DNA of 64,000 nucleotides from Tubulanus polymorphus (lineage: Eukaryota; Animalia; Nemertea): contig NC_134025.1 of assembly GCF_964204645.1 (NCBI RefSeq), forward strand, positions 12,710,001 to 12,774,000, written 5' to 3'. This document shows, one piece after another, positions 11,167 through 24,200 of this stretch. The notes under the pieces are model-generated. The model was not told the origin of the DNA and made no database searches. It was given only the letters and a program-made list of their open reading frames with translations. Within the stretch, counting starts at the first letter, position 1; every line of letters begins with the position of its first letter. The position numbers and the translations under genes were made by a program.

Positions 11167-14100
11167 CCAAAAATAGCTCGGTTATGGATAAAGAATATCT
11201 GGATGTTGTCAAACAGTTTCTTGAAAACCCAATGCATCCAGATGTTAAGAATTATTTTCCCAACAGCCAAAGCTTAGCCAAATTCCGACATCAGGTAAAT
11301 GTTCTCGTTGTGAATGCTTGACGACTTGTATCACTACAATTTTCTCATAATAGAACTGATTTATGAAGTGATGCTTCGTCTTATTTTGCAGGTCAAAACC
11401 AAAGGTTTTACTTTAAAAGAGGAGGAAAACGGTGATAAGAATGTAGTTGCACCATGCAAAAGTGATGTACGTATCTTACATGGAAAATATCATTTTATTG
11501 CAGTATGTACAGAAGTTATTCATTTGCTCCAAATGGGTTGTTTCAGGTTTCAAGGAAACTCAGAGTTATCCCTTTGGAAGATTTAGATCAAATCATATTA
11601 TCCTGTCACGAGGCTATTGGGCATGGTGGAGAGAATGCTACATTTAAAAAGGTAAAATTATTCCCTGAGGTTTTAGTTAATCATATCTTTAATCACTTAT
11701 TCAAAAGATCAACTTTCAGGTTCAAGAAAACTACTTCGGTGTCATTCGTATTCATGTAAGGAATACCTTGAAAAAATGCAAAGTGTGCACACTGAAATCA
11801 TCGCAAACTGGCAGAGCCCCAGTCATTCCGATCATTAGCCAAAATGTATTCGAAAGAATTCAGGTAAGACATAACTTTTATTTAAGGTCTGAGTACTATT
11901 ATCGTTAATTCATACATGTATATTCATTTCAGGTTGACTTGATTGATATGCAACGTCAAGAAACAGAAGGTTATCGCTTCATATTGCATGCTATTGACCA
12001 TGCCTCCAAATTTCATTTTCTGTGGCCCTTGAAGGGAAAATTTGCGACTGATGTGAAAGATGCTCTCAGGATCCTATTCAGTTTTACTGGGCTACCCAAA
12101 ATTCTTCAATGTGATAATGGAGGTGAATTTTCTGACCGGGAGCTGGGTGATCTTCTGTCTGAATGGCCCTCCAGCTGTAAAATTGTCCATGGTAGACCTC
12201 GTCATCCCCAGAGCCAGGGCTTAGTAGAACGGGGTGGGGTCATCGTATCGTGGCTGATATAATTGCCTCATTCAAAGCGTCTTTCACTGGAAAAGGAGAA
12301 TTTCCATGGCATCATTATTTACCACGAATTATGTGTAAGTAAAATTGAACACGATATCTTGATTAATTCATAATATGCTTCCCCTATATGCTCAATGTTT
12401 TTTGCTTCTTTAGATATGATCAACACTACGTATTCCACACGAATAAAATGTACCCCCTATGAATGTGTGTATGGGCAAAAACCCCCAAATATTGCACTTC
12501 AGGTAAAATTTGTAGTTACTTCAGCAAATGGTATTCATATCATTATTCAGTCCTTATAAGAAATTGTATTTGATTTCAGTCAAATGAACATAATGACGAA
12601 GAGGAGGGCAATGCAGAAGTATGTACTAATACTCACTAAAATCTATTTTAGGGCAGGGCTGTAGGAACCGGGGAGCCATGCCCCCCCCCCCATTTTCTGA
12701 CTCTTGCCTATGACTTCCTACATGCCTAGGGTAGGTCTCCATAGTACCTAGTGGCAGAAATGGTGAAACTGTGAGCTTATATCATTCCTAATTTCAACCA
12801 GGAAGTACTCAGAATGTACCTAAATGATATAATTTTTCAAAATTTTATGACCATTTAGTGCTTTGTGCCTGCTACGCCGTCATTATGGGCCACAATTCGT
12901 TCCTATGGCCCTGTAGGGTGTAGTAAGAAATTAAGTTTCAAATACAGTAGTATCACAAAGTCAAAATACCTTTCAAAATTAATCAACATCTTGTAAACAG
13001 AGCCAGGCTGTAGATATTATCTTAATGCATGTTTTTTTTATAATACTTACCAAGTATCAGTAATCCATATTCTTTTTCATAGGCCATAACAATTCAGAGT
13101 GATGAAGATATTACGGTGTGTACATGCTTGATTGATTATCTTGTGTATATATTCGATTTAATTTTAAATACAAATATGTCTATCTCATCTCCTGCAGAAT
13201 AAGGCTCATTGAAATCTTGTCCTGAGAAAAGATAACTGCCAACTTGCATTTTATAAAGGGATACTTACAGTATTTCATTAATGTAAACTTTGTGGCATTT
13301 CTAAGAGATGTATATTTAAAAAATTAACAATTTTTCAAGTGTCAGAAAATCGACATTTATTGCAAGTGCAGTGTTTACCAATTTTCATTCTGTATATCAC
13401 TCAACTTTTTTCAGATGGAACCAAATGCCTCAACCACTTCGCAAGTAAGCCTTTTTAACAATGCACAAAACTTGTCACTTTGCTATAACCTAAACTCTAC
13501 TTACTACATTTGGCCTTATTTTAAGCTGGCTAACCAATGCACCACTTCCATTCTAGGGATTTGATTTTAGTGAGCTGCCAATAAAGAGAGTTAAGGTTGC
13601 TAATGAGCTAGCAACTAAGGAAGCTCACCAAAAAATTAGGATGGCTGCTAACCTTGCCTCCTTAAAAGGCGCAAAAAGGATGTTGAAAAGGGGATACAAA
13701 GAACAACTAATATTCAAAGTTGGGGATTTTGTAACTGTGAAAATTCCTGAGCAAGACCGCCACAAAATAGATCTACGTAGACTCCCTGGTGTGGTAGTCC
13801 AAGTGAAAAAGTTTAAGAATGGAAACTTTTATATAATACGGTTTGTCAGATAATTTCATAAATCGTAAAGCAAAGTCTTAACAGCTCTATTCTTTATTCT
13901 GTTAATCCTCATTTTTAGAACCAAGTACGGAGTCTTAGATGTTGCCTTGCGAGCAGATGTGCTACAACGGTTTGTTGGGGAATTTGATATTCCTGTCGCT
14001 GGGTGGGGATCAGTTCCCAAATTGCCGATAAGAACAGCTGCGATGGCAATGTCACACTCTTTGAAACCAGCTAGCCGATGCCACTGCAAAGCAAATTGCT

Positions 14101-14173
14101 CGACTTTAAGATGTCTGTGTAAGAAGAGGGGTGTAATTTGTACAGCTAGTTGCCACTCAGGAAAGTCATGCGA
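11167..14173 (+). pseudogene. Ginger2/Tdd-type (KRBA2/SCAND3-like) DDE integrase/transposase with HHCC zinc domain, SH3-like segment and C-terminal CxC cluster; multi-exon
   Basis: Exons encode HEAIGHGG...CKVC (11547-11863); VDLIDMQ..IDHASKF..PKILQCDNGGEF..GRPRHPQSQGLVER (11933-12334); NTTYSTRIKCTPYECVYG (12414-12502); FKVGDFVTVKIPEQDR; and TKYGVL..CHCKANCSTLRCLCKKRGVICTASCH. No gag, RT or RNase H. Frameshift from a duplicated ggggt at 12231-12240. Confidence 0.88.
12654..12913. mobile_element. Non-autonomous CAG-terminated element with 5-bp TSD (hAT5-like)
   Basis: TIRs cagggctgtaggaac / gttcctatggccctg. taggg lies directly on both sides (12649-53 and 12914-18). Confidence 0.7.
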
Positions 14174-14305
14174 GTAAGTTTACATTGCATTCTCCATCTT
14201 ATTCATATTTTATATAGTATGTCTTATTGGTCATTCGATGTAATTTTCGCTTTCAATCATCTAAAGAAAAATTACATGTATTTGATATCAATCTGTGATT
14301 TTTAG

Positions 14306-17300
14306 AAATAATCATGTTATGAACAAAAATACAGAACAGTTAAATGTAAGTAATTGGTTATATTTTACAAACATATAACGTACTAATATAGTCAATGGTG
14401 TTTATGAAAGCTACCTACAGATTATTATTGAATAAGTTTATGATAAGTTTGAGACACTAGTGTATAATTAGCAAACGTTTGTTAACCAGTTAATAAGACA
14501 AACAGAAAAGTCTTTGATGTGATCTGTAACTAAATACAAATATCCTGTACATAGAACTTGAAATATGTTGATGATTAAATGTGAGATATTAGCATTATAT
14601 TTGAAGATTTTTTTTATGCAACCATTTCAAATCCCTATTATATACTTGATAATGTTCCCTATAATATTAGTACCTTTACACATTTTGTAAAACACAATCA
14701 GAAAAAGTAAAATTGTAGCCCATGACTTATTCTATGTTTGTGGTGAGTTTCGCGGACATTGGTTTCTATACATATTTACCAGGGGCATTGAATATTGAAA
14801 TTGTCAGGTTGCAATGCATTTCACTAAGTGGGTATGGTGTCACTGGACCCCTGGTTCATTTTCATTTGCCTACAGTGTCAGTCCCTTGCGGTTCACGATT
14901 CGGATTCATCGGAAACAAGTTTTGAAATGCTGTAAGTTTTTGGCCAGGAAAATATCTTACTTTATTTGTCCTAATCATGGAACATTTAAAGTTGATAGTT
15001 AAATTGATGATTTTTCACCATTTTAGGGATGACTTAACTGTACCCGAAGAGATCAGACATTGTGTTGATCAAATCGTCAATGAGGTAAAGTTTTTAATTG
15101 TTTCTGTTTTTATTAGTGTATGTGTTCTACACTTCAGATCCATATGAAAGAATGTTTGAAATATGGCGCTTAACAATCAATTTTATCATTCATTCTTGTG
15201 TCAAATTAATAATAGGAATTGAATTTAATACATTTAGTCATTATAGACATATTACTTTTGCTGTTCCTATCAAAGTTTTGCTGAATGCTTTTTGCACTGT
15301 AACATATTAATGTGAATCATCATTATTATTATTATCAAAGGAGTATTTTGAGATGATTTGCATTTGAACATGATCTTCGTTTGATTCTTTCTTTTTTATG
15401 CAGTATCAGCTTGATGAGTTAAATATGAATGAATCGTAAGTTGATGCATGCCATAAATGTATCAACAACTTTGAAACTAATTTACACATATATTTCCATT
15501 TCATTTTTTACCAGTGTATTGTGTATTTTTCTTTTAGCCTAGTACCAGTGAAAAATAAGAAACAGAACAATGATGATGGACATATTGAAAAAAGAAAAAT
15601 TTGTAAAGAGTAAGTATTAATTGTGCAGTGGATACCAATTGTAGTAAATTTAATCAAATTTATAGAAAATCAATAACTCAACAAACTCTTCAAACTAGAT
15701 GGTTTACATTCATGCTTCAACATACGTATGCAGGATTGATACCTAAAACCAGATGTGTTGTACATTGACTTAAAAAATGATATTAAGTTTTATCACTAAG
15801 TAATTTGGGTGAATTCTTTGAAGGGAAAATATAAACGAATTCTAGCATTGATTGAGTTTTGCTATAGCATTAATGAGAAAACTAGATCATTAGACTCTGG
15901 ACCTTGGAAATCGGTCAGCATTGCTAAGTATCTCCTAACAAGGTTATCCTTACACAGCACTATATCAATGACTTTGAAAATCAATACATTATTTTATTTC
16001 TTTTGTTGAAAATTTTGTCCACTTTTAGAAGAAGAACTTATCGAACGGTCTCCCAGGTATGTGAAAAATCTAATAAAGCGCCATATGCGCATGAGTTGTG
16101 AAAACAGAAATTGATAGTGGTATGGTATGCTTTATTAATGATTTAACCCCATTTGTCTGAAGTTAAAGCGTACAAATATCCAGAAAAGAAGGCAAAATTT
16201 CGATATACTGCGTAATTTAACGGATGAAGACAACAAACGTCCATTATTGTGCTTTTGTAATGCACAGAAAAATGAGTAAGTGATCAGCAGCATGAACATG
16301 AAATAATGGTAACAATGGATAACTAGCTTTTTGGGAAAATGATTACCGAAAAAATAATGATGACTCTTGTGGTGAAGTTGGAACGTTTTGTCATCTTTGC
16401 AGTAATTTTGATCTTGATTGACTTCAAGATGTAGCACATCTTTTTATTGTCAACATTTACATGACTGAGCCAAAAATTTCACTGAAATTATGCATCAGAA
16501 AGCTAGGAGTTGGTATAAAATGTCAAAGGTTCTTGATTGTTGAAATTGTATATTAAAAACGCCCTAATGATATCATTTAATCTACATGTCTATGTGAATG
16601 AACCACCCTTGAAGAATGTTGTGTTTGGATCTGCAGAGGTCTTCACCACTCATGGCGCATATTAGCCCTTTATTCATTCTCACATGTGCTTCACCTTACA
16701 ATCTCCCCCCCCCCCCCACATAGCTTATATGTGACTTATTATGGTTGTACTTCCAGTCAAGACCAATACAAAATACGTAACTGCATTATATTACATTGCA
16801 AGATATGTTATTTCTTTTTTACCTGAAACAAAACCACTTAAACTCTGAATCAAAGGATTTAATTTTATAATTTCTTTTTGCCTTCATTATTGTATGAAAT
16901 TCAAACCAGTATACCGTTACTGAATATGATACATTGAAGATATCAATAATTCTTAATTGAAAACTATTCACTCCATAGATTCAAAAACTAACTCTCTTCC
17001 TATTTTATAGCAACTATCATGTTATGGAATGTTTGAATGTAAGTTGTAAATGGCTCATTCATCCTGGATGTGTCGGTCTGGAAGAAAAAGATTGTCATTT
17101 GATTAGAACATACACATGTCCCATACATATCGTCGAAACAAAGCTCAGTGCTTATAATCAGGTAAAATCATATATACGTACTACTACAAACTGTCCATCA
17201 TTTATAGCATCAACCAATAATTGTCAAATTGATCCTGCCAGTAGTTATTCTACAGAAATGTCTAATTTGGTCTCTTTGCTTTTGTTTCTTCTAGGTCAAG

Positions 17301-19076
17301 GAAGAGGTCAGATTGTCCATTACTTCTGCGTGTATTATCTGTTTTTCCAAAAGTAGCTCGAGGTTATTAATCTTAAGTTCATGGTTAACATTACATTTTG
17401 TAAATTCAGTTTCTTTGATGCTTACATGTTATGTATTTATTCATTAAATTTAGAATGTCTGATAGCATTGTATGTATGATTTGTTCGCAAAAGCTGAATA
17501 AACTCATTGATGATGAAAACGATGTAGACGATTCAAGAATGATTCCTTTGTCATATTTGTATCGCAGCAATGGGAAAGTGAGTATATATGTCTTGAGCCC
17601 TCAGATGGCTAATCTATAGCCAACTTCAGTATAGCATAGATCTTCTATTCCTACTTTCTATTATTGAATATTAGTTAAGATCCTTAAACATATCGGTTTC
17701 AACTAGTCAGCAGACGGTGTTGCTGTAGTCTTTCATAGATTTTGATCCCATTGAGCAGTGGCATGGTGTCCCGTTAATATGTCTATAGGACTTTCAAATG
17801 TACACCACTCCAACTCTCTATTATACTTTCAGGTTCTCCTTGAGCTCAGATATGATATTGAGAAGATGTTCAGTCTACCAAGCATGTAAGAACAAAGTTT
17901 CATGACAGGAGATTCTGAAAATTTGATCGATTTGGCTAATTTTTGAAAAAAAGCATCAGCTCATGTACATCTAGGGATTTAATACAGATCTGAATCTTGA
18001 CCATAGTAGCGACCCATATTATGGATGAATTAATAATCAACATCCATAATTTCTATGAATTTCTGATCTAAAGCTTAAGGCAGAAAATGGAAGTGCCAAG
18101 TTCATGTAATCATCATCTGATGGACTCTAGAGAAATTCATATCATTATGACATCCCATTTGTGCCATAATTTTAGTTTCTCTTGTTATTTGCAATTGTTT
18201 AACGATAAAGATAATTGCTCTATGCATTCAGCTTGCAGGAGGAAAATATTTTGTCTGATAATGCGTATGGTGCTGGTGTTGTCGAAAATAATGTCAGCTG
18301 TGTCGTTCAACTGATTGCTGAGTCACTTTTTGTAAAATTTACAGTACATCCAATGTAAGTTTACTCAAATCACATAAATATTTGAACACTCTCACAGATT
18401 ATTTTGGTAAAGCAATGTTTCGTACTACTGAAAGAGCATGTTGCACTCGGTATTCAAGTTCAAATATTAAAACATCATTGAATAAAACATTATATCTCAC
18501 GGTTTGTTTGTACAACCCTCCAATAATTTAACCTTCAAAATACAGTTGGGTCAACAGTACAAATATTTGCTTTAAAGCCGTTAAACTATCATTTTCAGAA
18601 TGGTGTATTCTTACTCACAAATGGAAGTTCCATTCATGGCACCAATTCATTTAGTATCCAAAATTCTTCAAAAGAGATTAAGGTAGGTATTTCATTGCAT
18701 TTGTAAATGATTGTATTAAAATTTCAATTCCTGAATCCCTGTATGACTGGTATACCAGTTCAATGTATTTAAATTTTTGTCTTCACTCAAATGTGTTTGT
18801 TAGGTACAGATCTAAGATTCAAATTTATACATATATGGATAGATAGATATGAAGTTTTTTCTTATTTGATTTCTCTCATCTTTCAGTTCTTCATCAGTAC
18901 GTGCAAGAATAAGGATACACATAATTAGATCCCTGGTGGCAAGATATTTTGGTATCAGTGATAACCAAGCTCATGAAGTCTGTGCTGCGACGTTAGGAAA
19001 AAATACAGCTGAGCGGTACAACAGATTGGCAAATTTTAAGATTGAAAATTACAATATAAGGCCACTTAAAAGTTGA
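14306..19076 (+). CDS. 3' exons of the integrase gene: linker, PHD finger, CxxC pair and an unknown C-terminal domain
   Basis: LCFCNAQKN (exon ending 16275) splices to MECLNVSCKWLIHPGCVGL..YTCPIH (17011-17161), giving a C4HC2H PHD. Then CIIC, CMIC, and phase-compatible exons at 17833, 18232, 18599 and 18887 ending ...NYNIRPLKS* (TGA 19074-19076). Confidence 0.72.
14700..14855 (+). repeat. Fragment of the dispersed 'ccagggggc' Helitron/Helentron-like repeat family
   Basis: accaggggcattgaatattgaaattg...ggtgtcactggacccctggtt matches 57840-57921 and the reverse of 25001-25130. Confidence 0.6.
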
Positions 19077-19559
19077 TTTGTAGATTCTCAGCAATTCTGC
19101 TGACATACGTCGTTAAGTGTTATCCAATATCGTTGACGGAATGTCAAAGTCGAAGAGCCTCTGTGAATGGTTGTAATATTTTGTCGATAGAAATTACGTC
19201 CGCATCAGGATATTTCCTTTTTAGCCCACTTGAGACTTAAGTCCCACCAGATTATTGTGCTCACTGTTCATCCGTTGTCTATCTTCGCATTTATCCATCC
19301 GTCCATATAGGGAATATGGCATTGCTGAACTTAGCACTTACACACTTTTGAAGTTTTGAAGGGAGATTTTGAAAACGCTTTAATCAATTATCTTCTATCT
19401 ATCAAAATTGGACTGACCTGAGATGGTCCTCCTGTGGCCTAAATTCATGTACATGTACATATATATATTATTAGTAGTTTAAACAGATTACTTATAGGGA
19501 TTCATAAATGTATTACCAATGGACTGATGTCTACTTGTATGTATGTATGACACATTTTT

Positions 19560-19720
19560 AAGGCATGGAGGACGGCCATTAGACGAATACTTGATTTACC
19601 GCTGCGCACCCATTCTCGATTACTACGAACATCCAAAGTATCAAAAAACTCTTTCAATATTATTTTGAATACTTGCAGTTATTTAGCTGAGTCAGGTAGT
19701 GGGTCAGTATGCTATATATT
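19560..19720 (+). mobile_element. Small non-LTR retrotransposon (LINE) ORF2 C-terminal fragment
   Basis: Translates KAWRTAIRRILDLPLRTHSRLL, which resembles the W-R-x-A-x-R-R...LP-x-RTH motif after the RT in invertebrate LINEs. Confidence 0.45.
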
Positions 19721-20107
19721 AATGCAATATTAATTTTTATCTTGCATTACTAAACCAAGATAGATGGTCTCACACGCCTTCTTCCATGCCTCCTGTTCAG
19801 ACTAATGACGTCCAACAAGCTGTAGCTACTGGTATACGATTTCATCAATTAATTCTCGAAAACCGATGTGCATGAGAGAAATATTGTACAGAAGATAATC
19901 GAAGATTGTATTAATTAGCGTTTTTTTTATATATGTTTTTGATACGCTGTATTAGTTTTCATTCCTTAATAATGCTTTAAGTGGAAAACCGATAATTCTG
20001 TTTTTTTTATAATAAATTGTATCGTTTTGATATTTGAACTGTTTAGCTTTGTGGAACTTATATTGAACTCTTTTGCTAAGTTTACCTCGTCAGTTATTCG
20101 TGCATTA

Positions 20108-20288
20108 CAGTGGAACCTCGTTATAGCAAACTCGAAAACAACGACTCATCGGATATAACAAATATAGAATTTTGTCCCAAGTAAGAAAGATAACTATTAA
20201 TTTCATACTGGATATAACGAAACAAACTATCGGTAATAACGAACATATTTTCTGGTCCCATGAACCTCGCTGTTACGAAGTTCCACTG
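20108..20288. mobile_element. Tc1/mariner (pogo/Tigger-like) MITE
   Basis: TA|CAGTGGAACCTCGTTATA...TGTTACGAAGTTCCACTG|TA. Confidence 0.85.
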
Positions 20289-21134
20289 TATTATAGAATA
20301 AACTTAGTAGACGTTTTGATTGGATTTTTTGTTTCAGTATTTAGGGTCCCCTAACTTATGTCATTGCCTTCATCTGCCGTCTGGAAATTTACTCTGGAAC
20401 TTAATTCACATGCTACAGGGATGTAGCCATGCATAATTTAAAGCGAATCCCACAGAAATAACGAAAACGTCCAAAACAAGGTCCTAAAAATGTTTCCTTG
20501 AGCTAGTCTTTTACTCAAGTGAGCAAGTTTCTGTGTGGTTCTATGGTTAAACCGATCCTTTTGTATTCGTGTGAAATATGGGGATATGAAAACCTGAAAA
20601 TCTTAGAATGGTTCACCTAAGTTTTGAAAGTATATACGTCTTAATAATGCGACACCAAATACATGATATATGGAGAGTTAAATATATGTGTATAAAAAAA
20701 ACCGTAAAATCTGTGAACTAACCTTGTTTTTAAAAATGGGAAAATTTATCTAGCAAGATATACCATAGACTTCAGTATTTCAAAAGTTTTCAATCTTAAA
20801 TGATTAGCTTGTATGAAAGGTATACTGGAAGAATGTGGAATGGTCGATGTTGGGGCACACCAAAATATCCGAATATTCAATATGTTTAAGAATCTATTAA
20901 ACTACGACTAACCGACCAATTTATTCAACATTGGAATTCAGACTGCTTAACTTTTTCAAAAGCCGTAACATATCTTGAAATCAAACCAACTTTTAACCAC
21001 AAATAACTAGAACTTATCTTTTTAAATTTATTTTTTTCAAACCCAACTATCCATAATCATGAACACGCTTTTTTATATAAATGACAAAAAACACCCGGTA
21101 CGTTAAGTTATTAAAATATAAAACAAGATTAGTT

Positions 21135-21222
21135 AAGTCCGCTGCACACGGCATAACAAGACACATCGAAAACGTTTTTCACGAGGAAAAAACTTTTTTT
21201 CGGTGCCTTGTGCAGCGGACTT
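21135..21222. mobile_element. Tiny MITE
   Basis: aagtccgctgcacacggca / tgccttgtgcagcggactt. Confidence 0.6.
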
Positions 21223-24200
21223 TACTATATGTATAAAGTTTTAAGATGCAATGTGGTAAACCACTAAAACTTCAAACGCGAAATAAGCCTGCATTTATTC
21301 ACTCACAAAAATGGTGTCAGTCATCGCTGTCTTGAATATGAACTATTTAATTTTCAGCCTATTTACCATGTTGACCGATAATGCCTTAAAAATGTGTCAT
21401 ACATACATACAAGTAGACATCAGTCCATTGGTAATACATTTATGAATCCCTATAAGTAATCTGTTTAAACTACTAATAATATATATATGTACATGTACAT
21501 GAATTTAGGCCACAGGAGGACCATCTCAGGTCAGTCCAATTCTGATAGATAGAAGATAATTGATTAAAGCGTTTTCAAAATCTCCCTTCAAAACTTCAAA
21601 AGTGTGTAAGTGCTAAGTTCAGCAATGCCATATTCCCTATATGGACGGATGGATGAATGCGAAGATAGACAACGGATGAACAGTGAGCACAATAATCTGG
21701 TGGGACTTAAGTCTCAAGTGGGCTAAAAAGGAAATATCCTGATGCGGACGTAATTTCTATCCAGACTTTTGATCCTACGGTTTGCAAAAATTCCCTCAGA
21801 ACTGCAAACTGCTGAAAATGTTTGTCGTGAATCTCATTGACATGAAGGTTACTTTCCTCCAGCCATGAACCTACTTTGCGTGCCTCTGTACCGAACCAAA
21901 TATCAGGGTAGTTCATTTATATCAAGAATAAGCAAGCAAATTACATATCAAATTTCATAGATTATATTATAAACCAACCTGGGTTTTTTGAACAAACCGT
22001 CTGTGGCTGGTGATTCTAGCTGTGAAAACTACTTGACTATAGGTCATGCAGGCGCAATGAAAAATGAAAGTTTGGGAATTAAATCCTCGAATTATGGTGG
22101 GAAAAGTCTACATCTTCCCCCAAAAATGACTGTCATGTGTCTTGATTTGGAATGTTCTTAATTTTTACCATATCATTCACCTTGTGGAGGCATATTTTTG
22201 ACCCAAACAAATGTGTAGATAACTATTGGTCCAGCACCTTAAACTTTCCTTTAACATTTAAAAATTTAGAAAAATTGTGCATGCCATATAATATTCACCA
22301 AATTGATGCAGCCAATGTACTTTATGACGAGTATCGAAACGCTGTATCATTTTGATCTGATGTTTCTAATGAATGTTAGGACCAATTGAACGCCTAAACT
22401 TGCGGTTTTTAAATAATCTAATTTAGAATGCCGCAATATCTATTGATTCTTTATCAACGCGCAATGGATCCTATCTTAATCAATCCGATTGCGCTCCTTA
22501 AAGACAGGCTTACTAGCTGGGCCTGAATATTTAAATTTCCTCTATCTAGCTTATGTAACTGTTATTGAACAATCCTTCAAACATGGATAAAGCCTTATGT
22601 AAAATCTTAATCATTGCAATTAGTGTAAAAAGTCTTACTCTTCAAAGGTCTATATTATCACTCAACTTATTTCATGAAATATTAATAAAAGAAATCATAG
22701 TCGAACAAGGTTCTTAATTTTTCAATGTGGGTTTTCCTAGTCAGTAACCTGATCCGGGCCTAATCATTACACCGACACACACTTATACTACAGAATATAT
22801 AGCCCACATTCGATAATGACAATGGTTTTCTATGATATGGGTGCTTCTTTCAGGACCCCATAGCGATCTGACTTCAAATTTGAATTTTGTTTTAGTTGTG
22901 ATTTTGTTATGGATTTATCGATCATTCAACTCTAGCCAAAGTGATGTGATATGTATTAGTTGGCATAGGCAGGGTTGGTATGTTTGCCTCAGTTTAACAC
23001 ATACATGTATTTTGAATTCAATAGGGAGTACACTATAGCGTAGTTAGTCCCATGAATTACTATATATGACCATTATCAATTTCAAAAATTATAATTTTGC
23101 GTGTATCTTTATTCATAAAGGTACATATCTCCCTGTTCATTCTTGTCACAAACTGAAGATAGTGTACGTTTTATTTGAGTGAGCATCGACTTGATAGTGT
23201 TTGTTGATGTTTTTGCAACAATTTGATTCTGAGCAGCTGAGCACTAGAGTAGGCCTATTGTCTCGGTCGTGCCAGAAAATTTGAAAAAAAAATACAAGCG
23301 CTCAGATTGCAGCAGATACGTTTTTTCGGTAATCCAACTGTTCCCCAGGCCTAGTTGCAGTAACACATGCCAGTATATAAACTTACCACACGATTGAATA
23401 TGATATAATAGGAAGTCTGGAAAATGATTGGTTCGGCGTTAAGGTTCGGCGCATATTCGCTCGAAAACGCGTAACCATAGAAGTTCAATCAAATTATTCT
23501 GTTAGTAGATAGAAAAATATGATTATCTCCTATTCTTGATTGTCATATCGTCCGCATACAAAGCCGTCACTTCAAGAAATAGAAATATTGCAACTCCGAT
23601 AACGAGGAAGGCCTATATAATTTTGAAATGAAATCGCCGTTTCCCAAAAGAAATCAAAGTCAAACTGAAAGCAGATGAATTTAGGAGCCATCTCATTTTA
23701 CATGAAGAATACCGAATCTGGGAGGATGATTGTAGGCCTACGAACCGCATTGTTAGAAATCACCTTATGATATCCAATCAATTTTTGAAAATTGCTTTAG
23801 GTGACGAACAAAATTTCTCTAATATTAAACATTTCATGAAAAAAACTTTATACAAGACCAAGACAAATCATTAGTTGATGGCGTAGGGGAAATTGAAACT
23901 TCCAAAAATTCAGCTCATCAAAATACCATGACAAAAAAAATCAAGTTGCGAGCGCGAATGTTTAACATTTATACGGAATTTGAATTATGAATGAAGCATT
24001 TGGGGATGTTAGGCCTAATTCTGTTCGTAAATCCTAACAGCGCATTTCTACAGCGTAACGATTTATCTTTCCAGAAAGTAAGCGGTTGGCTATAACTCAC
24101 AATTTATCATCAAAACATGGAATTATAAAATATTCCTAATTTTTGATGGGTCCCGCAACTATATATATGATGTCTTGATATTTTGGGAAAAAGAAGATGC

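Larger units (their letters stand above)
19186..21761. repeat. ~380-bp near-perfect inverted repeat (19186-19566 and 21381-21761) around a ~1.8-kb spacer
   Basis: Direct reverse-complement match from gatagaaattacgtccgcatcagg to aaggcat, with only a few mismatches. Confidence 0.92.

Noticed and set aside
11933-12502. Integrase as part of an LTR retrotransposon or Polinton
   Set aside because: It has many introns and a KRBA2-like CxC tail, with no RT, gag, LTR, polB or capsid nearby.
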